Source of the DNA: Octopus sinensis
Taxonomy: Eukaryota
DNA length: 64,000 bases
NCBI RefSeq assembly: GCF_006345805.1
Contig: NC_043009.1
Coordinates: 48,980,001-49,044,000 of the forward strand
Direction of reading: 5' to 3'
In this document: piece by piece, positions 49,470 to 64,000 of the stretch
Layout: each line of letters starts with the position of its first letter
Numbering within the stretch: position 1 is the first letter of the stretch
The notes under the pieces: generated by a model
Database searches by the model: none
The model's input: only the letters and a program-made list of their open reading frames with translations
Told to the model about the DNA's origin: nothing
Position numbers and translations under genes: made by a program

Positions 49470-49639
49470 ATATTCTACGAAGGTATCTTTCTTTCTATCT
49501 TACAAGTACACATCCACTCACAAATTTACTACATACCATTCTCAGTTTCCCCTACAACCTCTCTGTCACACACACCCACACACACACACACACAGGCATA
49601 CACACACGTAGATTGATACGCATATTATATAATTATATG

Positions 49640-49814
49640 TATTTATTTATATTAAGGGCATTTCTACGCGTAAATGCCTCACGCTGTTAGGGACTCTTAA
49701 AGTCTAAAACTACCCATATAGTTACATGTGTATCTATTATGGTAGGTTTGACTTTCAGAGTCCCTAATAGTGTGAGGCATTTACGTGTAGTAATGCCTTT
49801 GATATAAATAAATA
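49640..49814. repeat. 175-bp near-perfect palindrome (hairpin MITE-like)
   Basis: The left arm TATTTATTTATATTAAGGGCATTTCTACGCGTAAATGCCTCACGCTGTTAGGGACTCT pairs with the right arm with essentially no loop. Confidence 0.9.
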
Positions 49815-50285
49815 TATTTAAAGGGAATAATTATAAATTTTTCCCTCATGAGGTTTTCACGCTGACTATTTGATAAATTCTTATAAAGATTTTATCCTAT
49901 TTTAAATTTTATAATTACTTGTATATATCTAAGCATTTATGTATGTATATAACTGTGTGTGTGTGTGTATGTTAGGGGGGATATGACTTAAGGGTTAGTG
50001 GGTGCGGCACTTATGATCGTAAGATTGTGATTTCGGTTCCTCGACACGGCGATGCTTTATGTTCTTGAGGAAAAAAATTTCATGGTACATTGCTCCAGTC
50101 CCCTTAACTAGCAAAAATTAGTAATCTTGCGATGGACCGGTGCCAGGTCTGGCGATTGGTGTAGTATGTACGCAATAGAATCCAGGATAGTGGCCTGATG
50201 AGCCTATGGCTCAGGAAGGACTTTTGATCCTTTCTCTCTCTCTCTCTCTCTCTTCTCTGATCTCTCTCTCTCTCTCTCTCTCTCC

Positions 50286-50344
<59 letters not shown>

Positions 50345-50571
50345 TCTCTTTATTCTTTTCTATATCTGTATATGAAATTTATATATTTGTTTTGCAATAT
50401 TTCTGCTGTGGAAGCGTGTGTTGAAACAGATATTCTTGAATGGCCTAAACAGGACAGGAGGAGACACTTGGGATGGAATGTCTCTGAAGAAGACACAGGA
50501 AGTGTGACGAAAGATTTAACACAGAGGACTCTAAAAGGATGATGATGATGATGATGATGATGATAATAATA

Positions 50572-51112
50572 TGCAGTACCAGGCAGTGGCTCTCATGGCT
50601 TCTGATCTTAACTGATTGGAAGTGTTATCATGTACATTGTTTTTTCTTGGTATAAAAGATGGACTACAGCAAATATTCTGCTCAATACCACAGATTTGCT
50701 TGTCAGTTGTTTGACCAGGTGAGCATGTCCCTTGGTGGCTGACGATATGTGCATCTCTGATCACGAGCAGAATTAGTGGGGGAGCATCATAGCCATGTCT
50801 TGAAAGGAATTCTTTGGGGTTTGAATATTTCCCCTCTGGAAACATGGGTGTTTCGTTCAACATCCTTAAACTCTTATTCAGGGACCTTTTGAGCGAGATG
50901 GGCTACTCGACTTGAAGAATATTCTAACTGTGCCCCACCTGCAAGGTCATGTGCCTTTAAACTTGATATGAGATCACTATGTCGCGCTCATATGGCCGTG
51001 ATGCATGTGCCTGGCGTACCCTTGTCAGAGGGGTAGTCATGATAGGTATACTGGGTTTTGTATATTTTACCCCAGTGTCACTTTGATGGCATGCGCTGCT
51101 CTCTCACTCAAT
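50572..51112. mobile_element. Unclassified interspersed repeat bounded by (GAT)n and (AAT)n
   Basis: Higher-GC complex block between microsatellites, resembling a retroelement 3' UTR. There is only one copy in the window, so this is inferred. Confidence 0.3.
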
Positions 51113-51262
51113 AATAATAATAAAGGGGCGTGAAGAACGAGTATATAGTGCGTGTTTTCATTTAGCTATCCCAAAATATTTGACCATCCCGAAATATAAC
51201 GATACATACATACATGCATGCATACATACTTACATACGTACATACATACATACATACATACA

Positions 51263-51297
<35 letters not shown>

Positions 51298-51387
51298 TGT
51301 TTAAATTTAAAGAAAACAAAAGATGAAGACAGGTGTAGGAACAGCAAACAGGTGTATTCATTTAGCGCTAGGGAAGAATGAAAAAGT

Positions 51388-51423
51388 CTTTTACGTTTCG
51401 AACCTACGCCCTTCGGCAGAAAG
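51388..51423 (-). ncRNA. Minimal type I hammerhead ribozyme relic (Penelope-type)
   Basis: Minus strand: cttt CTGCCGA a gggc(gtag)gttc GAAA cg TA aaag. Stem I pairs cttt/aaag and the helix III segment is the palindrome ACGT. Confidence 0.6.
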
Positions 51424-51479
51424 TATAAAGGAGAAAATGAACGGGGAGAGCGTCTGTTTCCTCTTCTCTTATAAGTAAA

Positions 51480-51671
51480 ACCTCACAATCCTTCTTTCTC
51501 TCTCTCTCTCTCTCTCTAATTGCTTATTCTTCTTTCTCCCGTTGTTTCTGTGTCTTTCTTCCTATCACTCTTCCTCTCCGTTTCCCACAATCACATACAA
51601 ACATTTTCTCTGACTAACATATTCCACTATACTCCCTCCCTCAATCACTTAGTCTATCTCTATCCTTCACT

Positions 51672-51707
<36 letters not shown>

Positions 51708-52124
51708 CTCATGCTTCTATCGCTTGGTATCTTTGTACCCCTGCTTTCTCTTTGTAGCCAGTTTGTCTGTAACCCTTTCAATTATATATCGCTAACTACA
51801 TTTCTTTTTCTCTCCTTATCTCCTCTCCCTCCCCTCTCTCCTACTCTCACCACTTTCCTCTCTTTCTTTAATTCTCCCTTTTACTGATGTTTCTCCATCA
51901 CCTTCTCTCTCCCATTCTCTTTCTTTCAATCTTTCTTTTATTTTTATCCGCATCGTTCCGTATCTGCCCTTTTCTTTCGAATATTTTCCTTCTCTGTCTA
52001 TATTCCTCTCTCTCGCTCTTTCTCTTTCTCTATTTCCCCTCTCTTACTCATGTTTGTGTCTTCTTCAGACCACATCACCCCCTGCTGTCTGTCTATATCT
52101 CTGCTTCGCTCTTTTTCGCTCTCC

Positions 52125-52170
<46 letters not shown>

Positions 52171-53460
52171 TTCTTGCTTTCTTTTTTACTCATGTATCTC
52201 TGTCTGTTCGTCACTCTATTCTCTCCTTTATCTGCCTGTCTATCAGTACGCTTCTCTCTCTCTCTCTTCCTTCTCTCTTCCTCTTCTCTCTCTCTCTCTC
52301 ATTCTCTCTCTATCCCTTTTTCTCTCTCGATCACCGTCATATTAGACGACTGACGAATGCCAACATTCGCCAGTTAGTAAATAATAATAAAAAGAAAAAA
52401 AAAACAAAAACAGAGAAGAAATCCATAATGAAGGCGACGAACCCAGCATGTCGAAATGTATCAACGAGGAAAAAGAGCGGCGAGAAAACGCGAAGAGAGA
52501 AACGCGAGACAACCATCAGAATAGAAACTAATTAGAATATAATATTAATTCATTTGCCAAAAATAAAATAAATTCAAATATCTAACAGGAAAGAAAATCA
52601 ACGAAACAACCAATCCTATTGGGACATAAACAACATTTGAAGAAAAATCTGACAAAACACCAACAAAGACAATAGACTGAAAATGTGGCGGATTTCGAAC
52701 ATATTGGATCTTATTAGTTGTCCTCAAAATCTTTTTATATATCATTGATGTTTATTCAATATATTTCGTCTCTCATTGGTTCTTTTCGCCCCCCCCCTCA
52801 TTCCTCTCACCTCTCTCTCTCTCTTCCTCTTCACCCACCCCTCTCTCTCTCTCTCCAACTCTCTCTCTCTCTCCAACTCTCTCTCTCTCCAACTCTCTCT
52901 CTCTCCAACTCTCTCTCTCTCTCTCTCTCCAACTCTCTCTACTCTTCTCTTTCGGCCTACTTTCTCTCCTTTATTCATTTTTCTTCTTCAGTATATATAT
53001 ATTTTATATATTTCTTGCATTCTTTGTTTTATTCGTTCCGTCACACACGCCTTCGCTTATTTATTCATGTCACCCGTTTATTTATTCATTTATATATGTA
53101 TTTATTTATATATTTTGTTAATTACTTATTTCTTGAATTTCTTACATATTTCATTTATTCATTTAGTCTTCCGTGCATTCTTCATTCATTTTATTCTTAC
53201 ATTAATTCATTCTTCATTTTATTCTATATATTCTTAATTCTCTCCTTTGCTCTGAATTTCTATATTTCTATAAATAGAAAAATTATTTCGTTCTTTTATT
53301 ATTCTTTTATTCCATTATTTATTTTCATTTCGTTCAATATTTCCTTCCTTCTTTATCCTTTTGCTCTCTATTTCTAAATTTCTTATTCGCTTTTTCCTTC
53401 GCCCTCTCATTCTCTTGTTCTTTCATTCACATGTTCATTCGTAAACCCAGGCATTCTTAA
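51480..53460 (+). repeat. ~2-kb pyrimidine-rich (CT)n-dominated low-complexity tract
   Basis: Direct reading; includes (CTCTCTCTCCAACT)-like units at 52840-52945. Confidence 0.85.
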
Positions 53461-53519
53461 CATAATTATTCATTTGGCTTTCTTAATTTTTTTTCATTCA
53501 TGCAACGGCTGTTGCTTCT

Positions 53520-53766
53520 TCTTATGATGATGATGATGATGCTGACGACAATGACGACGACAACGACGATGATGATGATGATGACAACGACGAAGGCGAA
53601 TACAACAACAACAATATTAGTGACAATAGTGACAATGAGGGTGATGTTTTGATGAGGATTATCATTAGAACGAGGCGGAAGAGGGAAAAGGTGGAAGAAC
53701 AGAGTGGTGAGATATTGGCTAGGAAAATTGATGTTATTGCTCTTGTTGACGATACCGCTACAAATG

Positions 53767-53803
<37 letters not shown>

Positions 53804-53874
53804 CGACGACGATGAAGCTAATGATGATTATGATGAAGATGATCATCATCATAATCATGAAGTTCGTGCAGATA

Positions 53875-53913
<39 letters not shown>

Positions 53914-54568
53914 ACGAGGACGACCATTATGATGACAATGATCATCATCATCATAATCATGAATTTTGTACTGATCATGGCTATGATGTTTATGATGATG
54001 ATGGCGAGGAGGAGGAGGAGGAGGAGGAGCGGAGGGAGATAACAATGATAGCCTCTTCAATATCTGCAAGAACGACGACGGCGACATCAATTAAGGTGAT
54101 GGTGATGAAAATGATAATGATGATGGTGACGACGACGACGATTACGATGATGATGATGATGATGATGATGACATGATGGTGGTGGTGAAAGGTGTTGCTG
54201 TTGGTGGTGGTGGTGATAGTGGTGATGGCGGCGCGACGACGACGATGATGATCATGATCAGGATGGTAGTGATGGTGATGATGATGATGATGATGGTGTT
54301 GGTGGTGGTGGTTGTGGGTGTGGTAGTGTGGTGGTAGTGTTGTTCTTGTTGTTGCTGGTGGTGGTGGTGGTAATGGGGATGATGGTGATGATGATGTTGA
54401 CAAGGAACTTTCAATTACAAATACATTACCTCGCCTGAGCCATTCTATCCTGTGTCTCTAATCCCAAGAAACATTCTCCCATGTTGCCTTAGGGATAACA
54501 TTTAACAAGGTTTTCCTACTAAACAATGTATTCATGCGTGCGTATACATACATACATACATACATACA

Positions 54569-54602
<34 letters not shown>

Positions 54603-55057
54603 CATACATACATACATACATACATACATACATGCATATATATATATATACACATATGTATATAATATATGTATGTATATATATATATATTATATATATA
54701 CATATATATGTATATACACACACACACACATATATATATATACATATATATAGGTATATACACACACACACATATATATACATATATACATGTATATATA
54801 CATATATATATACACATATATGTATGTATATATACATAAATAAATACATATACACATATACATACATACATATATGGATGTATAAATACATATATATATA
54901 TATATATACATATATATACACATATATGTATGTATATATACATAAATAAATACATATACACATATACATACATACATATATGGATGTATAAATACATATA
55001 TATATATATATATATACATATATATATACATATATGTATATATACATACATACATGC

Positions 55058-55091
<34 letters not shown>

Positions 55092-55326
55092 GTATGTATG
55101 TATGTATGTATTGGATTTATGCGTGTATGAGTGTCATTTGCGTGCACGTCTATGTGTGTCAGTAAATGTGTGTGTGTGTGTGTTTGTGTGTATGTGTCAG
55201 TGGATATGCGTCAGTGTTTCGATTTAAACACACATTTTCAATTTGATGAGACCCCAAAATAAAATACAATATTCACACAACCGCCAACAGAAGCACCACC
55301 ACCACCACTACTACTACTAACACTAC

Positions 55327-55359
<33 letters not shown>

Positions 55360-55479
55360 AGTAATTGAAATAGCAACACAAACTGCTGCTGTCATCACAA
55401 CCACCACAACCATCACCACCACCATCACCATCATCAGCAATGCTATATCAACATTGCCACTAGCAACAACAACAATAAC

Positions 55480-55515
<36 letters not shown>

Positions 55516-55516
55516 C

Positions 55517-55552
<36 letters not shown>

Positions 55553-55595
55553 GCTGCTGCTGCTACTGTTGCTGCTGTTGTTACTACTACTACTG

Positions 55596-55629
<34 letters not shown>

Positions 55630-55630
55630 C

Positions 55631-55672
<42 letters not shown>

Positions 55673-56231
55673 GCTACACCATTATCAGCAACAACTCCAA
55701 CCTCACTACCACAATCACAGTCAACAGCGTCTACAACAGCAACAACAACAACAAACGAACGAACTAATAAAAAATTAAATTAGACTCTTTTTTAATTAAT
55801 AAAACAAAAACAGACACAATAAGTACAATGAGGATGGTGGTGGTGGTGGCGGCGGCAGTGAAGATAGAAGGAGGAGGAGGAGGAGGGGGAGGAAGAAGGA
55901 AAATGAAGTGCGTGAGATGCTAATTGATATTGTTGCTGTAGCTTCTAGTGATGATGGGTATGATGACGAAGAGAAGGCGGAGGAGGTGGAGGAAGACGGG
56001 GATGGTGATGACAACGTTAATGATGATGAGGTGGTATCAGTGGTGGTATTAGTGGTGGTGATGGTGATGATGATGGTGATGATGATGGTGATGATGATGA
56101 TGACGACGATGATGATGACGACGACGAGGAGGAGGAGGAGGAGGAGGAGGAGTAAGATAATGATGATGTTGATGATGATGTTGATGATGATGGTGATAAT
56201 GATGGTGATGATGGTGATGATGAGAATGATG

Positions 56232-56263
<32 letters not shown>

Positions 56264-56285
56264 GGTGATGATGAGGATGATGATG

Positions 56286-56316
<31 letters not shown>

Positions 56317-56399
56317 CGGTGATGATGATGGTGATGATGATGATGATGATGATGGTGAATATGGTGATGATGGTGATGATAATGATGATGAGGAGGATG

Positions 56400-56459
<60 letters not shown>

Positions 56460-56830
56460 GTGATGGTAATGATGATGATGATGATGATGATGGTGATGGT
56501 GATGGTAATGATGATGATGACGATAATAAAGATGATAAGGCAGAGAAGGAGGGGAGGGAGAGGAGGTGGAGGAGGAGGAGGAAAAGAAAGAGATGGCGTA
56601 GGAACAGGTTGCAGAAGAAGGCGGAGGAACGATGACGACGATGACGACGACGACGACGATGACAACGACAATTATGCTAATGATGAAGACGGCAACGAGG
56701 ACAATTATTGTAACGCTACCAGTACATGTGATACAGGTGATGATGATAATGATGATGATGATGAGGAATAGGAGTAGGTGGAGAGGAGGGATGGGTTTTG
56801 ATGGTGAGGACGACGGGAACGATGAAAACG
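53520..56830. repeat. Dense microsatellite field: (GAT/GAC/GGT)n, (CATA/TA)n, (TAC/CAC)n, (GAT/GGA)n
   Basis: Direct reading; it explains the poly-D/M/H/T ORFs. Confidence 0.92.
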
Positions 56831-57282
56831 ATGACAATATTAACACACTCGTGGGATATGAGGGACTTTAATAAAACTATCAAATTTCTGAATTGTGAAA
56901 TACGAGAATTTTTGGTGAATAATATAACATTACATCAATATTTGGTCTGTGAGAATATTTTATTGGTTTGAATATTCTTGGGGCAAATATTAGGGACCGC
57001 CGTTGCCATCCATCACTTATGTCCCCACCACCGCTGCCAACATCGATAATCTAACCACCCACCACACACACACAGCGCCCTTATTACTATTATCATTTAG
57101 ATTCTCTCGTCACCGACGTCGTCTTTACGCTCGGCTATGCTCGCCTTGCTCCGTCATGCCCCGTCATGTCCGCTGTAACTGACAAGACCCAAGCTTGCTT
57201 AAAGTGCTTCGTTCATTCTCATCATCGTCATAGCTGTCATCGTCGTCTTCATCGTCATCACCATCATCATCGTCATCACCAA

Positions 57283-57314
<32 letters not shown>

Positions 57315-57430
57315 CCGTGTTTATTACCAACATCATCAGCATCGTCTTCTACTAACACCCCCACTTATCCATCGTCGTCATTCTTCTCCTCTTCCACAGC
57401 CTCTCGCTCGTCACCAACATCAACATCAGT

Positions 57431-57549
57431 GGAGGCGCAATGGCCCAATGGTTAGGGCAGCGGACTTGCGGTCGTAAGAACGCTGTTTCGATTCCCAGAC
57501 CGGGCGTTGTGAGTGTTTATTGAGCAAAAACACCTAAGCTCCACGAGGA
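57431..57549 (+). mobile_element. SINE family C tRNA-like head, truncated by a (GAA)n tract
   Basis: GGCGCAATGGCCCAATGGTTAGGGCAGCGGAC...TTCGATTCCCAGACCGGGCGTTGTGAGTG; matches the head of 61103-61478. Confidence 0.85.
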
Positions 57550-58183
57550 GAAGAAGAAGAAGCAGAAGAAGAAGAAGGAGAAGAAGAAGAAGAACAACAA
57601 GAAGAACAAGAAGTAGAAGAAGAAGTAGAAGAAGAAGAAGAAGAAGAAGAAGAAGAAGAAGAAGAAGAAGAGAAGAAGAAGAAGAAGAAGAAGAAGAAAA
57701 GGAAGTGCGTCAACATCATCGTCGTTACCATCATCATCGTTACCATCATCATCAAACCACGATCTTCATGAACCAACGTAGGAAGCCTCTCCATTTTCTT
57801 TCTCTCTGCCAGAACCCCGCTCCTAGCCCCAATCTTCCTTAAATCTACTGTCTTAAAAAGGAAGAACACTTATGAGAATATGGCCCTAGGTTCCATTCAT
57901 ATAGAAAAATGAGGAGGTGGTCATATTTAGATTGCCAATAATTATTGCTCCGGAACACGAATAGCGGCGACAACAACAATAACAACAACTGTAGCAATAG
58001 AACAGTAGTAGCAAAATCTACAACATCAACAATCATCATCATCATCAACAATAACGAAAACTACTGTGAAACCAACTTTTAACAGAACCAATAACAATAA
58101 TGGCAAGAACAACAACAACAGTGATAACATCAGCAACAGCTATGACAACTGCAAGACGACGTTATTATTAATATCGCCATCTA

Positions 58184-58825
58184 AGGCGGCGAGCTGACGG
58201 AAACATTAGCACGCCAGGCGAAATACTTAGCAGTATTTCGTCTACAGTTATGTTCTGAGTTCAAATTCCACCGAGGTCGACTTTGCCTTTCATCCTTTCG
58301 GGGTCGATAAATGAAGTACTAGTTACGCACTGGGGTCGATGTAATCGACTTAATACCTATGTCTGTCCTTGTTTGTCCCCTCTGTGTTTAGCCCCTTGTG
58401 GGTAATAAAGAAATAGTTATTATCAATATCACCATCTAAGGCGGCGAGCTGGCGGAAACGTTAGCACGCCAAGCGAAATACTTAGCAGTATTTCGTCTAC
58501 AGTTACGTTCTGAGTTCAAATTCCACCGAGGTCGACTTTCGGGGTTGATAAATTAAGTACTAGTTACGCACTGGATTTAGGGTTAGGGTAATCAACTTAA
58601 TCCCTTTGTCTATCCTTGTTTGTCCCCTTGTGGGCAAGAAAGAAATGAGAAACGTTATCACGCTGGACGAAATGGTTAGCGGCATTTCACCTGTTGCTAC
58701 GTTCTGAGTTTAAATTCTGCCCAGGTTGATTTTGCCTTTCAGTCCTTTCGGGATCGGTAAAATAAGTACCAGTTGAGCCCTGGAATCGATGTAATCGACC
58801 CATCCCCTTCTCTCCGATGCTGCCC
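58184..58825 (+). mobile_element. Three tandem SINE family B copies
   Basis: Heads at 58184 and 58439, plus a partial copy from about 58655. The first two share the upstream flank TTATTAT[T/C]AATATC[G/A]CCATCTAAG, implying tandem duplication. Confidence 0.85.
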
Positions 58826-59030
58826 TTTGGCAAAGTTTTGAAATAATTATTACTACCATCATCATCATCATCAATAGCACCAACAATACCAATATCACCA
58901 ATAGCTTCCATGTCACTAACACAATCATCGTCAGCATCATCATCACCACTACCAACACTAAAGCAAAATAATAATAATAATAATAATAATATAATAATAA
59001 TAACAGGTAATAAACTGCACCTTATCTAGA

Positions 59031-59525
<495 letters not shown>

Positions 59526-61102
59526 CATAAAAATATGGCCATGCTACAACAAATACGGTTGAACACGGGTATGTCCAATTATGCAATATGGTTTTCAACT
59601 AGACGTTTCTATGGTATAAAGGAGAAGACTGCTCTGTAGCTTGTCCAGTACTGTTTTGTCATAGGCTGCTGGGTCTGAGGTTACGAAATAACAATATTAA
59701 CAACAATGGCAGCATCACCATTATCATCTCTACCATTGTCACGAGCATCATCAGGCCTGACTACTACTAACGTTTATACAACTGTATTCATTATGGTTGC
59801 CATCACTAAATTTTTGCTTGCTTCAACATCTCCAGTATCATCGCCTTCGCCACCATCGCTATATTCCTCATTGCCACTGTACCAGTACAAATATTATCAA
59901 TATCGCTGCAAACACTGCTTTAAAAACCCTTTATCTTCATCTGCAAATCAGCAACAACAACAACAGCAGCAGCACAACAGCTACTACTACCAACACCAAC
60001 TTTATTGCTACCACCTCCGCCATCACGACGATCTGTGTTATTACTTCAAACGTGAATCGAAAGCGGATCGTGATTTTCAACTAAGTCTATAACTTGCTCT
60101 ACTGCACTCGTTTCAGATAAATAATATTAATATTGATTTTTTAAAATAGGCACTGGGTCACACATTTCGTTAGAGAGAATGTATTCGATTAAGTCGACAG
60201 CACTACTTAAATTATCGATATCGTAACGATGAAAGATTTCTTATGTTAAGTACCAGGCTACACATTTGGTACTTACTTATTCCATAGAATCTGGAGAGAG
60301 TAATGTCTAAGCTCAACATTGACAATATTTGAATAAAGAAAGGAAATGAACAACGCTAAATAGCGATTTATACTATAGACATAACGCCAGAAATTTTCTG
60401 GAGAATGGCCTGAGGGGTGTGAAGGTGATTTAATTCTCTCCGATACTTGACTGGTACATATTTATTTTATCAATATCAGAAGCATGAATAGCAAAATTTC
60501 TGTCTAGCTTGGTAGAAATTGAACTTAGAACATCAATGATTATAACTAAAGTCTGCAAGGCGGTAAACTTGTCTGCTAGACTTCAGATATAACCATTCTT
60601 TCTACACCCAAGAGTACTCGGGCTCTTAGCGATTGTTATATGTAATGTTTTCTGAAGGGTTACTCAATCAAACACTTAATGTAAGAAAACATAGAGTAAT
60701 ATTGTGTTGTCAGTTGATCGATTTTAGTCTTTGATTGTGATAGATTTCATCTACTCAGGTAAGATTAAAGTGAAAGGCTATCTCGGATGAGATTTGTCAA
60801 TGTTTTTTCTCCACCGCCAGTGTTTTTCTCCATTCTAACATCATTTACATCGACTAACATCAGCTTGAAAATAAAAATGTTTCAATACCAAGGCCCAAAA
60901 CATTATATTTCGGTGAGGAGATATTTCTGTAACGTGTTTGTGTCCTGCATGTTTATTTTAATGTAAGTGAAAGCCGATCTCACACAGTTTTGAAAGCTAA
61001 ACTAAGAGGAACATAACTAATTATTCTGTCAGATACTTTGCTTTCGATCGTCTTACATAATAATTTTTACAATGGCAAAAGTCACACATTTCGAAGAATA
61101 CC

Positions 61103-61478
61103 ACGGCACTCCGTCGGTTACGACGACGAGGGTTCCAGTTGATCCAATCAACGGAACAGCCTGCTCGTGAAATTAACATGCAAGTAGCTGGGCATTCCAC
61201 AGATACGTGTACCCTTAGTGTAGTTCTCGGGTGATTCAGCATTACACAGAGTGTGACAAGGCTGGCCCTTTGAAATACAGGTACAACAGAAACAGGAAGA
61301 AAGTTTGAGAAAAGTTGTGTTTAAAGAGTACAGTAGGGTTCGCCACCATCCCCTGTCGGAGCTTCGTGGAGCTTTAAGTGTTTTCACTCAATAAACACTC
61401 ACAACGCCCGGGCTGGGAATCGAAACAGTGATCCTATGACGACGAGTCCGCTTCCCTAACCACTGGGCCACTGCGTCA
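61103..61478 (-). mobile_element. SINE family C, near full-length
   Basis: tRNA-like head with A/B boxes on the minus strand; its body is partly shared with 33280-33460. Confidence 0.85.
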
Positions 61479-62114
61479 CTACTTCGGAAGAATAGGTTAC
61501 ATTCAAAATCATATTCTTCGTTATCATAAATATTTTTACTTTTCATTTTCATTAATGAATCCACAGTTAATTGTGACTTAAACCGAAATTGCTCGTTCTG
61601 ATATAAAAATCAGCAAACAAAATATTTACTGATTTGTACGAAAGTTAGCCAGGTGAGAATTAAATTTATATATCCACTTGCAACTGTATTAGATTAAAAT
61701 ACCAGTGTATATAATATTGATAATATGTATCCAAACGTGAAACAGCCCTGGGTTTTAATAAACAAATGTCTTTGGGGAGTTACTCGAAGACATAATGTTA
61801 GAGCTAATACCGTTTCTGCTTCTATATAAAGTATATATTTTATACACGCTGTGTCATAATTTCTTAGGAGAATTTGCAGTTAATATCTACATTTTAGTAT
61901 CAATGTTGCTGTTATTTTATATTATAGCAAAATTCATCTCGTCGGAATTTGAGCTCGAAGAGTAAAGAGCCATAACTAAACACAACAGTGTATTTTATGC
62001 GATGCTCTACCGACTCAATCAATCACCGCGTTTATCTTATTCGCATTTAATAATCCTTTCAACTATAAGCAGAAGGCTTGAAATGTTATGGCAAGTGGAG
62101 TCTTGCTGGGGCTT

Positions 62115-62250
62115 TTTTTCTATCGATCTCGAGAAAACGAAAGGCAAAGTCGATCGTGACGGAATTTCAAATCACAACGTTAAGATGGACTGAATGGCAC
62201 TAAGTATTTTGTCCGACGCACTATCGATTCTGCCAGCTCGCTGCCTTACT
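62115..62250 (-). mobile_element. SINE family B fragment
   Basis: AAAGGCAAAGTCGATC...GGAATTTCAAATC...TTCTGCCAGCTCGCTGCC. Confidence 0.7.
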
Positions 62251-63789
62251 CATAATAAATAACATAAATAACGATTTCTTATATTGGTACCAGATTAAAA
62301 AGTTGTTCAATGCGGATTGCGGATGTTGTGTCGACCCCCATGTCCTCTGTACACGCCTGGTATTTATTTAATTGATTCCAGAGGAATGAAAGTCAAAGGT
62401 TCAACCATGGAGATATTTAAACACTGAACGTAGATAGAATATGAGTTAAATAGTGAAAACGTATTAAGTGTGACACACCTTCACTACATTCGATCAGTTT
62501 ATTAATAGACAGATGATTCTACTAAAGTATTGATCAATGTTTCACTTCCTTCTGATAAGCTTCGCTGTAATTACACCGAGAGCCACTGATTAAAGATTGC
62601 CAGATGTTTACTCTTACTTAAAGATTTCTATGTCTTATTCTTTTCAATTTATCATCTCCCACCCCTCCTATCCCTCTTTCTCTCTCTCCATCCCATCTCT
62701 CTATATATATTTCACTGTTTCTCTCATTCCTTACCATCACGCTCCATTATACCTCATCTTATCGTAGCTTCTTTTCTCATTTTCTGTTTCACTCTCTCAC
62801 AAACTAACACTTTCACATTTATTTTCTCTCTTTATAAAAGAGAATAAGAAATTTTTTTTTTCAGTTCTCGGAGCTACAAACTTAAACGAGTTTCTCTGCC
62901 GCGCACACTGGTAATTCTATCTCTCTTTCCTTCTCCGCACCCCCTCTCTCTCTCTCTTTCCTCTAATGAGTTTTTAGTTCTCTCACGAATGAACTGAAGA
63001 GCCAGCACACACCTCCTCATAGAAATAACAGTCGCACCTTTCTAAAAAGCTAGACTATTGTGTTATCAGTGAAGAACACATAGATATTGCAACCATTATC
63101 AGACTTTGACTTAACTTCAATGGCATGTTCAACGACTGAACACTATTGATGTTATTTCTGCGTCAAACAGGATAGTTGTCTCGGTTTACAACAACAATAA
63201 TAATACTTTCTTTCCCTCGATTTGAAATTCAAACGCATGCACATTGCAAACTTATATATAAATATATATGAATATGTGTGGGGTGAGTTTGTGTGTGTGT
63301 ATGCATAACGAAGTCAAATCGATTAATAATATTTTGAATGTATTTAATACGTGTGTTTCAGATAATTACGCACTAAATTAAAAGGGAATTTAATCTCTTA
63401 CGCGAAATCTTCCTCAGTTAAGACATATCAAAATATGAGCCAATTGATGGAATTTACACTTTATATATGGTCGGAGCAGTTTATGTCATCTACTAGTTGA
63501 AGAGAGGAAGCTGTCAGAAGGGTTATAATACATAGAGAGTTTGGAATGGAAGAGAGTGGGAGAGAGGAGAGGAGTGAGAGAGAGAGAGAGAGAACAGGGA
63601 GAAAAGGGCTTTGTAGAGCCGGTAAGAAGGTAGAAGAAAGATGAGGGAGAAAGAACTATAGAAAAGAGAAAGGGGTCAACTAGATATATGAATAAATAAA
63701 TAACAAAATATAACAAAGAACATATAACTGAATGCAAAGAATTAATAATAATAATAATAATAATAACAATAATAATAATAATAATAATA

Positions 63790-63925
63790 ATTGGCTTTCA
63801 TGCCATAAATACCAATATGAAATAACAAAGAACTGGTATGAGCATGTACCAAATAAAGTTATGTAGAGGGGTGGAAAAGTAACGATGCTCTGGAACTATG
63901 GTTTTCAGATGGATTGATTAATCGA
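63790..63925 (+). mobile_element. R4/Dong-like retroelement fragment after an (AAT)n tract
   Basis: ITKNWYEHVPNKVM*RGGKVTMLWNYGFQMD matches the WYEH.P..V.....V.ILWD..IQTD region of RLE elements. Confidence 0.6.
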
Positions 63926-64000
63926 AAACTCTCTCTCCCTCTCTTGTTCTTCATCCTTTCTAGTTTTCTCTCCCACCCTTCCATATTCTTCTCCTCACCC

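Noticed and set aside
57431-57505. Genuine tRNA genes at SINE heads (also 37937, 7400-7472, 1780-1852)
   Set aside because: The A/B boxes are followed by SINE body sequence and no complete cloverleaf is evident.
58577-58588. Telomeric TTAGGG repeats
   Set aside because: Only two units, inside a SINE.

Overview
This is AT-rich animal genomic DNA saturated with microsatellites and SINEs. It is most likely an octopus (coleoid cephalopod) intron or intergenic region; I infer this from the tRNA-derived SINE families and the microsatellite profile, not from a database search. No host protein-coding exon can be supported, and almost all listed ORFs are artefacts of simple or tandem repeats. The recognisable mobile DNA includes many tRNA-derived SINEs, two fold-back mariner derivatives, a mariner remnant, MITEs, three R4/Dong-like retroelement fragments and two Penelope-type minimal hammerhead ribozyme relics. 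The standout is an 11.9-kb three-part tandem array at 10001-21905. Its two flanking arrays are built almost entirely from three modules in fixed order, each matching a transcription-factor site at that factor's cooperative spacing. The modules are Grainyhead/CP2 (AACCGGTT, 10-bp period), TEAD/Scalloped ([A/T]GGAATGT, 9-bp period) and TCF/LEF plus a C-clamp helper (AGATCAAAG-n5-GCCG, 22-bp period). They enclose an 8.2-kb, ~59-bp-unit C/T-rich satellite whose nearly invariant core CTCTGGAATGTTCAA is a heat-shock-element-like sequence overlapping a TEAD site. The repeat structure and motif matches are seen directly. A function as a Wnt/Hippo/Grainyhead/heat-shock enhancer array or TF sponge is an untested hypothesis.
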